A stretch of DNA of 64,000 bases from positions 1-64,000 of the forward strand of contig CAVVNQ010000011.1 of the NCBI GenBank assembly GCA_963749705.1. The letters are read 5' to 3'. Numbering within the stretch: the stretch's first letter is position 1; the number at the start of each line of letters is the position of its first letter. Shown piece by piece: positions 16,926 through 25,752 of this stretch. The notes under the pieces are model-generated. The model made no database searches. It was not told where the DNA came from and worked only from the letters and a program-made list of their open reading frames with translations. The DNA comes from an uncultured Chloroflexia bacterium (GTDB lineage: Bacteria; Chloroflexota; Limnocylindria; Limnocylindrales; CSP1-4). Position numbers and translations under genes: made by a program.

Positions 16926-17960
16926 TCAGTCAACGAGGGTCGGATCGACCCGGAAGATGCGACTGCCGCTGAACTCCTCGACCCAGATCTCTCGGCCCAC
17001 CTGCTCCACGGTCCAGATCCCGGGAGCCAGCGAGACCGTGCCCGAGACCGCGTTGGTGGCCGGGTCGATCCGATACAGAATGCCGTCTGCGCCGTTCGCG
17101 ACCCACAGCGCGCCGAATGCGTACCCGGGGTCGCGGGGTGCGCCCGCGAGGGGGATCGACGCCAGCACCGACCCGGTGGCCGGGTCGATGCGTGCCACGG
17201 CGCCATCGTTGTCGGTCACCCACAGGGTCCCGTCGCCATCGGCGAACCACGTGGGCGAGCCACCTACCCCGCTGGTCACCCGCACATCGATCTCGTCGCC
17301 GGCTTCATTCAGGCGGTCCACCTCACCGGTGCTCTGAACGGCGACCCACAGCCGATCGTCGACGACGGCAAGGCCGGCCGGGCTTGGACCCGTCTTGACC
17401 GACCGATCGATGCTGCCCGTCGACCCGTCGATGTGCACGACGCCCGGCAAGCCTCGGTCCGCGATCCATACGCCGGTCGCGTCAGGCTGGGCGTCCCAGG
17501 GCCTGCCGGCCAGCGCCGTGTCATGGATGTCGTTGCTTGTGTCGGGCGCCACCTCGTGGACGAGGTTGCCGGACAGGTCCGCCACCCACAACGCGCCGTT
17601 GGCCCAGGCGAGCCCGCAGATCGTCGCGCCGAGGCTCGCCACCGGAGTCACGTTGCCCGTGTCCGGGTGGACCTCGACGACGTCGCCGGTCCCGTACAGC
17701 GTCACGAACACGCGTCCGTCGGGGCTCGACTCGAGGGCACACGGCCCGGAGCCGACATCGATGGTCCCGATGATCGCGGCCGATCCGGTGGCTGCCGACG
17801 GGGACGCCGTCGCCGACGCGCCGGCGGACGGGACGCCGGTCGGCGTTACAGGGGTCGGCGAAGCTGGCGAGGTCGTTGCAGGCTGCCCGCCACCGCACGC
17901 GATCGGCGTTGAGGCAAGCACCAGCGTTGCGACGGCGGCCGCGACGCGATGGATCGACAT
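16926..17960 (-). CDS. Lipoprotein with YncE/Vgb-like beta-propeller
   Basis: Lipobox-like IAC, Pro/Ser/Thr linker, repeated LWVA...RIDPAT blades; GAGGAG SD before ATG 17960. Confidence 0.75.
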   Translation of the reverse strand: MSIHRVAAAVATLVLASTPIACGGGQPATTSPASPTPVTPTGVPSAGASATASPSAATGSAAIIGTIDVGSGPCALESSPDGRVFVTLYGTGDVVEVHPDTGNVTPVASLGATICGLAWANGALWVADLSGNLVHEVAPDTSNDIHDTALAGRPWDAQPDATGVWIADRGLPGVVHIDGSTGSIDRSVKTGPSPAGLAVVDDRLWVAVQSTGEVDRLNEAGDEIDVRVTSGVGGSPTWFADGDGTLWVTDNDGAVARIDPATGSVLASIPLAGAPRDPGYAFGALWVANGADGILYRIDPATNAVSGTVSLAPGIWTVEQVGREIWVEEFSGSRIFRVDPTLVD

Positions 17961-18099
17961 GGGAGCCACTCCTCGGGTCCTGCCTGCATGGAGGCGAGGC
18001 CTCGGGAATGCTGAGCGCGACCGAAACGACTGTCAAACGATGTGCCCGAGCCGCCGTCGTCGTCTCGGGGACCACGGCCCGGGCTGATCGCGTGGCGGA

Positions 18100-18963
18100 C
18101 TATCGCCCGCGCAGGTACGGCGCCAGGAACGCCACCTCGCCGGGGGTGTCGAGACGCTGGGCGTAGCCGATTCCCTGGCATGCCGACGCGGTGTGGTAGA
18201 CGGACACCTGGATGTTCGATCCGCCGAGGAACTGCGGCGAGCCCGAATCACCCGCGCACGGCGCCGCGCTGCGCGGGAGCGCATCGGTCGACTCCGTCAG
18301 GACCAGCCACCCCTCGGTCATGTCGACGATCGACGCGCGACCCCGCTGCCGGTATCCGGCCACATAGAGCTGGTCACCCCGGGTCTCCGCGCCGTAGCCG
18401 ACGAGCGTGACCTGTGGTCCCCGCCGGTTCCCGGCCGCCCGAAGGTGGTCGAGGAGTCCCGGCCGAACGATCGTCACCGGTGTCACGCCGGCGAAGGTGC
18501 CCGGCGCGAACTCAAGGACCGCGAGGTCGTGTGCGCCGCTGGTTGGGCTGGTGAAGCCTTCCGGGTCGAACTGCGGATCCACCACGACATCGGTCGCATA
18601 CGCGATCGACGACGGAGGAACGGTGAATGTGCAGCAGGTGGGGTATTCGTCCGGGAACACGCCACCGGGGACGATCGGGGCCGATGGGGACCCGCCCTCG
18701 AGCGTGACCGCCCACGCCACCCCAGCCGGCACGAGCGGCGTCTCGATGCAGTGGGCGGCCGTGAGAAATGCCCGGTCGGAGATGACGCTGCCGGCACAGA
18801 TGCCGAATGGCGGCGTCGGGCCGGCGCCGTCCACGTCGAAGCCGAGCATGCCGACGTTCGGATGCGCGTTGCCGTCTGGAATGCCGCCGTCGAGGGCGAG
18901 TGCCGTCGGCGCTGGTACGAGAAGCAGGGCGAGGATGAGCGGAATTGCGAGCTTTCGGATCAC
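18100..18963 (-). CDS. Secreted S1 (trypsin-fold) serine protease, paralog A
   Basis: Signal peptide, TAAHC, HDLAVL, GDSGSP. Confidence 0.9.
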   Translation of the reverse strand: MIRKLAIPLILALLLVPAPTALALDGGIPDGNAHPNVGMLGFDVDGAGPTPPFGICAGSVISDRAFLTAAHCIETPLVPAGVAWAVTLEGGSPSAPIVPGGVFPDEYPTCCTFTVPPSSIAYATDVVVDPQFDPEGFTSPTSGAHDLAVLEFAPGTFAGVTPVTIVRPGLLDHLRAAGNRRGPQVTLVGYGAETRGDQLYVAGYRQRGRASIVDMTEGWLVLTESTDALPRSAAPCAGDSGSPQFLGGSNIQVSVYHTASACQGIGYAQRLDTPGEVAFLAPYLRGR

Positions 18964-18976
18964 CGTGTTCTCCTTG

Positions 18977-19930
18977 TCACTGAGTCTGGGAATGACGGGG
19001 GTGGGCGGTGAAGAACGCCCATGTCACGGCCCGGTCGTCGGGCTCGCTCGTGTACCACTCGTGGCCCCGGTTCTTCGCCTTGATGAAGGTCACGGCGGTG
19101 CCGTTGTCACAGCTCTCCCAGGTCGTCTCGTGGATCGAGGCGTCGTCCGTCACCGTCGGGTCTCCGGTGCAGCCGTCGAGCTGGCGCCAGCGCTGCATCG
19201 TGTCGTCGAACGCCGGACATGGCATGTCCTGGCAGCCAGACCCGCCACCGTCGATGGGGATCCCGGTATCGGCCGTGCCGTGAATGGCGATGACGGAGAC
19301 CGGTTCGCTCGGATTGCACTCGACGAGGAGCGCGCCGATCACGTCCGCGATGGCCGCGACTCGGTCCGCGAGCTCGCACGCCGCACGCTCCGCCATCTGG
19401 CCGCCGTTGGACCCGCCGATGATGAACACCCGCCCCGGATCGATCGAGTAGTCGGCCTCCATCCGGTCGATGAGCGCACGAAAGAACCCGATGTCGTCGA
19501 TGTGCTCGCTGCTGGCCCGCCCACAGCACACGCCGGCATTCCAGCTGCCCTCGTACCCCTGCGGGTAGACGACGACGGCACCGGGGTCGAGCGCCATCTT
19601 GTCGAAGCCGCCGGTCGACTCCGCTTCGAACATCGTCGAGGGAAACCCGTGCAGCGCAAGCAGGAGCGGCAGCGGGTCGCGGTCGGCTGCATCGGCGGGC
19701 GCGACCAGGTGATAGGCCCGGGTCAGTCCGCCGACATCGATATGCGCCGTTAGCACAATCGGTACCGGGGCTCTCGTCAGTTCGGGTGTCGGTCCCTGCG
19801 TGGCGGCGAGCGACGGCGTCGCGGATGGGACCACCGTTGGTGCCCCAGTGGCGGCTCCGTTCCCGCTGCATCCCACCAGCATCACCGCGAGCAATGCGGT
19901 GACAATTCGACCCCTGGCCTTCATCGACAT
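18977..19930 (-). CDS. Lipoprotein esterase, PHB depolymerase/LpqC-like, paralog A
   Basis: LVGC lipobox, LALHG, WNAGVCC, GGSNGG, IHGTAD, GHEW. Confidence 0.88.
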   Translation of the reverse strand: MSMKARGRIVTALLAVMLVGCSGNGAATGAPTVVPSATPSLAATQGPTPELTRAPVPIVLTAHIDVGGLTRAYHLVAPADAADRDPLPLLLALHGFPSTMFEAESTGGFDKMALDPGAVVVYPQGYEGSWNAGVCCGRASSEHIDDIGFFRALIDRMEADYSIDPGRVFIIGGSNGGQMAERAACELADRVAAIADVIGALLVECNPSEPVSVIAIHGTADTGIPIDGGGSGCQDMPCPAFDDTMQRWRQLDGCTGDPTVTDDASIHETTWESCDNGTAVTFIKAKNRGHEWYTSEPDDRAVTWAFFTAHPRHSQTQ

Positions 19931-20048
19931 CTCCTCCTCTCGAGGACGCCGGAGTCGCAGGGCACAGCTGCCCGCTCCTTCGTTCGGATGCCGGGATCGC
20001 GGTCGGTGCGCTGATCCACCCGCGCGTCGCCCGCTCCCGATTCACGCG

Positions 20049-20082
20049 ACGCTAGGTCGCGGACGTAAACACGCGCTAAACG
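20049..20082 (-). promoter_or_regulatory. SARP/AfsR-type promoter copy 1
   Basis: Minus strand CGTTTAGCG-CG-TGTTTACGT-N8-TAGCGT; near-identical copy at 29814..29847. Confidence 0.7.
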
Positions 20083-20098
20083 CGGCGGCGTCGCTCGT

Positions 20099-20143
20099 CT
20101 ACGCGGTCGCTAGCAGCTGGAGCTCGGCCTCCGACTCGGTCGT
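20099..20143 (-). pseudogene. 3' remnant of a second AfsR-like regulator gene
   Basis: Reads TTESEAELQLLATA* versus TTEAEAALGLLATA* of 29863..32610, at the same distance from the promoter boxes. Confidence 0.7.
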
Positions 20144-20301
20144 CCCGAGCGGAACCTGGAGGGTTTCGCGCCAAGCATCGCGTGCGCCCGCGGGATGCCG
20201 GCCGGCGAGATGGGCCCCGCACCAGGCACCGGGTCGATCCCGTCGGCGGCCAGCTGCCCGGCGGCCCGGCGGTCGCAGGCGCCGGCGCAGACCCGTTCGG
20301 G

Positions 20302-20739
20302 CTAGTCGACCCGCACGAGGCGGACCACGGGGATCACGCGGGTCGTCTTCGTCGGATAGTCATTGAAGGAAGGGTGCTCCGCCGCGTGTGCGGCGTACAG
20401 CCGATCTCGCTCTCCACCCTCGACGGCCGTGGCCTTCGCCTGGAACGTCTCGCCGCCGAGCTCCACGGTCACGATCGGGTTGGCGAGGAGGTTTCGATAC
20501 CACGCCGGGTCCGTCGGCGCGCCGCCCTTGGAGGCCACGATGACGATCGCGTCCCCGTCGCGCGTGTACACGACCGGGGCAAGGCGGTCCTCGCCGCTCC
20601 GAGCGCCGGTCGTATGCAGGAGCAGGAGGTTGCGGCCCAGGAACGGGCCCGAGGTGACCTTGCCGTTGTTGGCCCGGAAGTCGGCGACCAGGGCGTCGGT
20701 GAAATGAGCGTAGGCAGAGCGTTCGTCGGTAGTTGTCAT
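20302..20739 (-). CDS. Deazaflavin (F420)-dependent nitroreductase family protein
   Basis: LLLHTTGARSG, VASKGGAPTDPAWYRNL, RVIPVVRL. Confidence 0.92.
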   Translation of the reverse strand: MTTTDERSAYAHFTDALVADFRANNGKVTSGPFLGRNLLLLHTTGARSGEDRLAPVVYTRDGDAIVIVASKGGAPTDPAWYRNLLANPIVTVELGGETFQAKATAVEGGERDRLYAAHAAEHPSFNDYPTKTTRVIPVVRLVRVD

Positions 20740-20752
20740 GACAACTATCATA
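20730..20752 (-). promoter_or_regulatory. Perfect 18-bp palindromic operator over a leaderless start
   Basis: TAGTTGTCATGACAACTA (20730..20747); -10 TATGAT 7 nt upstream of the ATG. Confidence 0.7.
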
Positions 20753-20823
20753 GCCGCTCGGGCGCGATCAGACCGCCATGGGGTCCTGCCGCAACCCCGA
20801 GATCGCCGGTACGCGTCCCTCCC

Positions 20824-22917
20824 CTACCCCGTCCCGGCCGCCGCCTCCTTCGCCGCATCGATCGCCTGCTGCATCCGTGCCGCGAGCGGCGCCGGCGACA
20901 CCGGATGCCCGAGGAACGAGGCCAGCCGCTGCGTCGGCGGCACGAACGGCCCGGGATGCAGCATCTCGTCGATGTACCGGCGTCCGGCCGCGGGTGACAG
21001 CCAGCCGTCGCGCCCGAACCGGTCCAGGAGGTCGTCGCGGATCGCCAGGGCATACGGAACGCCGTACAGCGCGGCGTCGTAGCCGCCGGCGACCATGGAC
21101 ATCGGGAATGGACGGAAGGCGCCGATGGGGTCGGGCAGCGGATTCGCGGCATGGGCGTCGCGCCAGGCCATGTCGAGGTCCACGTCCTGCGGCCCGTGGA
21201 CGGCGAGGTCCAGCATCCCGCGCTGGACATACGTCGACAGGTACGGCACATCCTCGATCGCCTGCGCGATCGACAGCCGGTCCACGAGCGCGGCCGGGGC
21301 TGGGGCGCCGGTCTTCGGGTGCCGCGCATAGGTCGCGAACACCTCCGGCACCCGCGCCCAGTACTCGAGGAAGAACGACGGACCCTCGACCCAGTCCTGG
21401 CCCCACCAGCCGTCATCCATCACGACGCCGCGACGTGACCCGATCGTGAAGTCCAGCACGTGGCCGAACTCGTGGAACAGCACGCCCGCCTCGAACACGC
21501 CCAGCGTGGCCGGCTCGCCATCGACCTCGGCGGGCACCATCGTCACCAGCATGGTGACCGCCGGCGGCACGACGCCGTCCGCTGCCGGGCCATCGGCCTC
21601 GAGCAGCTCCATGAACGCGATCGTGCCCGCCATCTTCCCGTCCCGGGCCCACGGGTCCAGCAGGCAGATCCCGAGCAGCTCGCCGGTCGCATCGTCGACG
21701 AGGTGGAGCGTGCGCACGTCCGCGTGCCAGCCGAGCCCGCCCGGGCCCTCCTCCACCCGGATCCCGAACACCTCGCGGGCGAGCCGGAACATCCCCTCCT
21801 GCACGGAGGCAAGCGGCAGGTACGCCCGGAGCGCCTCCGCATCCGCGCCCATCGCCCCCGCCAGCGCACGGACGGCCCGGCGCTGGTCCCACGGCTGGTA
21901 GGGCTCGCCGTCGAGCTCGTCTGCCAGGACCGCGGTCGCGGCGTCGCGGAATGCCCGGGCCGCCGAGGCCGCGGGTCCGGCGAGATCCGCGAGCACGGTC
22001 CGCGCGTCGTCCACGGAGCCGAGCGCCCCGAAGAACGTCCGCATGTCCGCCCAGGAGTCGAACCCGGCGACGCGCGCGATCTCACGCCGGACGCGGAACA
22101 GCTCGCGCATCGGCTCCAGCGTCGCGTCGAGCGCGCGATCCTGGAGCATCCGCCAGAAGCGCTCGCGCACGTCCCGCCGCCGGATGTTGGTCATGAACGT
22201 CTCGACCGTGCCGTATTCAACCCGGACGCGGCGAGTCCCCGGTGCCTCGCCCTCCGCCAGGCGCACGAGCTCGTCCGCCGGCAGCCCGTCCAGCTCGTCC
22301 GCGGTGAGCTCGAGCATCGGCAGGTCGGCCACGAATGCCTGCGAGATGTCGACGACGAGCGCGGACGCCCGGGCCTGGAGCGCCGCAAGCGCCGCCCGTT
22401 GCCCGTCGTCGAGATGCGCGCCGTTGGCCCGGGCGCTCGCCTGCCACAGCGCGAGCCGTCGGGCGTCGGGCTCCGCGAGCGCCGAGGTATCGATCGTCTC
22501 CAGCGCGGCCAGGACGTCCGGGCGGGCGAACGCCGCCGAGCGCCAGGCATCGACGCGAGTCTGGGCCTCGCCCGCGGCCGAGCGGACCGCCTCGTCGGGG
22601 TGCACCGCCCACAGCGCCGCCGTCCGGCCGTGTCCACGGATGGCGTGCCGGGTCGCCAGGTCGAGATGCCGCAGGACGTCGGCGGCGCTCCGTTCGCCGG
22701 ATGGGTTGCGTGCCGTGTTGCCCGCTGCGGCCCCCGCCGTGCCCCCCGGCCCGACCTCGGCTGGGTTCCCCGCTGCGGCCCCCGCCGCGGCGACGGCGGC
22801 ATCGATCTCGGCATCCGCGAGGCGAAGGGCCCGCTCGAGAGCGTCCGTGAGCGAGGCGGCATTGATCCCGGCGTAGGTCTCCACGGTCACCTTCCATGTC
22901 CAGATCACGTCCGGCAT
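20824..22917 (-). CDS. M3 family metallopeptidase (thimet oligopeptidase/oligopeptidase A-like)
   Basis: LFHEFGH zinc motif, DWVEGPS, LDPWARDGK, GYDAALY. Confidence 0.88.
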   Translation of the reverse strand: MPDVIWTWKVTVETYAGINAASLTDALERALRLADAEIDAAVAAAGAAAGNPAEVGPGGTAGAAAGNTARNPSGERSAADVLRHLDLATRHAIRGHGRTAALWAVHPDEAVRSAAGEAQTRVDAWRSAAFARPDVLAALETIDTSALAEPDARRLALWQASARANGAHLDDGQRAALAALQARASALVVDISQAFVADLPMLELTADELDGLPADELVRLAEGEAPGTRRVRVEYGTVETFMTNIRRRDVRERFWRMLQDRALDATLEPMRELFRVRREIARVAGFDSWADMRTFFGALGSVDDARTVLADLAGPAASAARAFRDAATAVLADELDGEPYQPWDQRRAVRALAGAMGADAEALRAYLPLASVQEGMFRLAREVFGIRVEEGPGGLGWHADVRTLHLVDDATGELLGICLLDPWARDGKMAGTIAFMELLEADGPAADGVVPPAVTMLVTMVPAEVDGEPATLGVFEAGVLFHEFGHVLDFTIGSRRGVVMDDGWWGQDWVEGPSFFLEYWARVPEVFATYARHPKTGAPAPAALVDRLSIAQAIEDVPYLSTYVQRGMLDLAVHGPQDVDLDMAWRDAHAANPLPDPIGAFRPFPMSMVAGGYDAALYGVPYALAIRDDLLDRFGRDGWLSPAAGRRYIDEMLHPGPFVPPTQRLASFLGHPVSPAPLAARMQQAIDAAKEAAAGTG

Positions 22918-23044
22918 GGCGACGTGACGCGGTCGCCGGCATCGTGGAGGTCGCCCGCCGACCCGTCAAGGAGCCCGGGGGTGACCATGCCCAGGACTCG
23001 CGCCTCCAGCAACGAAACCTGGCTGACGGCGTACGCTGCCGACG

Positions 23045-23542
23045 ATGACGATCCGCACCGCGTACGACACCTGGCCGACCTACAACCAGCGCCTGCGCGA
23101 CGTCGTGGCGTCGATGACCCGGGACCAGCTGGCGATCCGGCCGGCACCCGAGCGATGGCCGTTGTGGGCGACGATCGGCCACCTCGCCTGCCAGCGGGTG
23201 TTCTGGCTGTGCGACGTCGCCGGCGAGCCGGGTGCCGGGACGACGCGGTTCACGAACGCCGCCTACGACTGCCCGGGCGACGACGACCTGGAGCATGTCC
23301 TCTCGTCCGACCAGCTGGTCGAGGCGCTCGACTCCACCTTCCGCATCGTGGAGGGGTGCCTGGACCATTGGACGACCGGGATGCTCGACGAGGAGATCCG
23401 CCACCCCGAGTGGCCGGGTGATCGGGTGCACACGCGCGGCTGGGTGATCCAGCGGGTGTTCAGCCACGACATCTATCACACCGCAGAGCTCAACGACACC
23501 CTTTCGATGGCGGGGCTGACGCAGGTCGACCTCTGGGCGTGA
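23045..23542 (+). CDS. DinB family protein
   Basis: Helical protein with IGHLA and FSHDIYH metal-binding His residues. Confidence 0.8.
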   Translation: MTIRTAYDTWPTYNQRLRDVVASMTRDQLAIRPAPERWPLWATIGHLACQRVFWLCDVAGEPGAGTTRFTNAAYDCPGDDDLEHVLSSDQLVEALDSTFRIVEGCLDHWTTGMLDEEIRHPEWPGDRVHTRGWVIQRVFSHDIYHTAELNDTLSMAGLTQVDLWA

Positions 23543-23594
23543 CGCCTCGCCGCGGACCCGGCGGTGCGATCGCTCCCCCGCCACCGACAGGGTC

Positions 23595-23629
23595 TTGACA
23601 ACGAACTACATACAACCGTATGGTTGTAT
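23595..23629 (+). promoter_or_regulatory. Promoter with ArsR-type palindromic operator
   Basis: TTGACA at 23595; ATACAACC-GTAT-GGTTGTAT at 23610..23629. Confidence 0.7.
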
Positions 23630-23967
23630 CAATGGTTGCCACGTTCGATCCCGACCTCGCGTTCGCCGCCCTTGCCGATGCCACCAGGCGTGACATCGTG
23701 CTCCGGGCCCTGAGCGGCTCCGAGGGCGTCGCCGAGCTGGCCGGCCACTACCCGATGAGCTTCGCGGCGGTGCAGAAGCACGTCGCGATCCTCGAGCGCG
23801 CGGGCCTCGTGACCAAGCATCGCCTTGGCCGCCGGAAGCTCGTGCGAACCAACATCGAGGCGCTGCGCCTGGCGCGCGGCCTGCTCGACCAGTACGAGGC
23901 GCTGTGGCGCGGTCGCATCGACCGGATGACCGACCTCATCGCCGCCAGCAAGGAGACACGGGGATGA
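23620..23967 (+). CDS. ArsR family HTH transcriptional regulator
   Basis: FAALADATRRDI, MSFAAVQKHVAILERAGLV; start may be ATG 23632. Confidence 0.9.
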   Translation: MVVSMVATFDPDLAFAALADATRRDIVLRALSGSEGVAELAGHYPMSFAAVQKHVAILERAGLVTKHRLGRRKLVRTNIEALRLARGLLDQYEALWRGRIDRMTDLIAASKETRG

Positions 23968-24464
23968 CGGTCACCTCGGTCCGCAAGGACCCTGACGCCC
24001 TGACGATGACCCTCACCGCTGAGTTCGACGCCACGCCGGAGCGCGTGTGGCAGCTGTGGGCGGACCCGCGGCAGCTCGAGCGCTGGTGGGGTCCGCCCAC
24101 CTACCCGGCAACGTTCACCCGGCACGACCTCAAGCCCGGCAGCCGGGTCGAGTACCACATGACCGGGCCGAGCGGCGACCAGCCGCACGGCTACTGGGAC
24201 GTCCTCGAGGCGGATCCGCCGAGGCGGATCGTGTTCCAGGACGGGTTCGCCAACGAGGACGGCACACCGAGCGATGACCTCCCGCGCCAGGAGGGCCGGG
24301 TGACGATCGAACCGATCGATGGCGGCCGGACGCGGATGTCGATCGAGAGCCGGTTCCCGAGCACCGAGGCGATGCAGCAGCTGCTCGCCATGGGCATGGA
24401 GGAAGGCCTCACGCAGGCCGTCGGGCAGATCGACGGCATCCTCGCCGAAGGCGTTGCGGCATGA
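23964..24464 (+). CDS. SRPBCC (AHSA1/START-like) domain protein
   Basis: ATPERVWQLWADP, WWGP, MTGPSG; typical ArsR-SRPBCC pairing. Confidence 0.88.
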   Translation: MTVTSVRKDPDALTMTLTAEFDATPERVWQLWADPRQLERWWGPPTYPATFTRHDLKPGSRVEYHMTGPSGDQPHGYWDVLEADPPRRIVFQDGFANEDGTPSDDLPRQEGRVTIEPIDGGRTRMSIESRFPSTEAMQQLLAMGMEEGLTQAVGQIDGILAEGVAA

Positions 24465-25336
24465 CCACGAAGCTCGCCCAGACCACGCACACCCTGGCCG
24501 TCCCGGGCGCCACGCTGACGTACGACGTTCGCCCGGCCGCCTCCGACGCGCCTCCCCTGCTGCTCATCGGTTCGCCGATGGGTGCCGGCGGGTTCGCGAC
24601 GCTGGCAAGCCACTTCCCCGATCGCACGGTCGTGACCTACGACCCGCGCGGCGTCGAGCGAAGCACGAAGGACGACCCGGCCAGCCAGTCGACGCCGGAG
24701 CAGCATGCGGACGATGTCCACCGGATCATCGACGAGCTCGGCGGCGGGCCGGTGGACCTGTTCGGGAGCAGCGGCGGTGCGGTCAACGCGCTGGCGCTGG
24801 TGGCCGAGCACCCGGAGCAGGTCCGCACGCTGGTGGCGCACGAGCCCCCGCTCGCCACGCTCCTGCCGGACCGGGAGGGCGCGCTGGCGGCCACCCAGGC
24901 CGTCGCGGACGCGTACCAGCAGCACGGCTTCGGCGCCGGCATGGCTCGCTTCATCGCTGTCGTGGGCCACCAGGGCCCGTTCGACCCCGCGGACGCCGGC
25001 CAGCCTGGCCCCGATCCCGCGATGTTCGGCCTGCCGACCGACGACGACGGCAACCGGACCGATCCGCTGCTGTTCCAGAACGTCATCTCGTGCACCCACT
25101 TCGAACCCGACATCGCCGCGCTCCGGGCGGCCTCGACGCGGATCGTGCTTGCCACGGGGGTCGAATCCGAGGGCCAGCTGGCAAACCGCGGCGCCCACGC
25201 CGTCGCCGAACGGCTCGGCGTGGAGCCCGTCGCCTTCCCCAGTGATCACGGCGGCTTCCTGGGCGGGGAATACGGCCAGCGGGGCGATCCCGATGGCTTC
25301 GCCGCCAAGCTGCGCGAGGTGCTGGCCCAGGGCTGA
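24461..25336 (+). CDS. Alpha/beta fold hydrolase
   Basis: YDPRG, GSSGG nucleophile elbow, AHEPP, DHGGF. Confidence 0.88.
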   Translation: MTTKLAQTTHTLAVPGATLTYDVRPAASDAPPLLLIGSPMGAGGFATLASHFPDRTVVTYDPRGVERSTKDDPASQSTPEQHADDVHRIIDELGGGPVDLFGSSGGAVNALALVAEHPEQVRTLVAHEPPLATLLPDREGALAATQAVADAYQQHGFGAGMARFIAVVGHQGPFDPADAGQPGPDPAMFGLPTDDDGNRTDPLLFQNVISCTHFEPDIAALRAASTRIVLATGVESEGQLANRGAHAVAERLGVEPVAFPSDHGGFLGGEYGQRGDPDGFAAKLREVLAQG

Positions 25337-25361
25337 GCGCCCGGTCGGACGTCTCGAGAAT

Positions 25362-25395
25362 CCACCAGCCCGGCGCCCCGGCGCCGGGCTGGTGG
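25362..25395. terminator. 15-bp perfect stem-loop between convergent genes
   Basis: CCACCAGCCCGGCGC-CCCG-GCGCCGGGCTGGTGG; no clear U tract. Confidence 0.55.
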
Positions 25396-25464
25396 TGTGC
25401 TGCCCGGCGCACCCGTCTGTCGCTCGAACCGGGCCTGATGCGGGATCGCGAGGCCGTTGCGCCG

Positions 25465-25732
25465 GCTGGTGTGGCGCCACGGACCACGAACTCGCATTCC
25501 CCGGGCACGTTGGGGGCTGGGTGTGGCGCCACGGTCCACGAACTCGTCGCGTTTGGGCGCGCGATCCGCTGCGTCCGCGTGATCGGCGACCCGCAGGCCG
25601 ATTTCGTGGCGCACGAGCCAACACCGGCTCGGCGGGACGGGCGCTGGATCAATTTCGTGGCGCACCAGCCAACACCCGCCGGCCCGAGGCCGCGGCCGCG
25701 GGCGCTGGCCCGATTTCGTGGCGCTCCAGGCC
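25465..25732. repeat. Cluster of five REP-like intergenic repeats (two forward, three inverted)
   Basis: GTGGCGCCACGGWCCACGAACTCG x2 and ATTTCGTGGCGCWCSAG x3; related pair at 32766..32891. Confidence 0.8.
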
Positions 25733-25752
25733 GCGGGCGGGGGCCCGAGGCG

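Noticed and set aside
25465-25732. Possible CRISPR array
   Set aside because: Units are degenerate, switch orientation and are irregularly spaced; no cas genes
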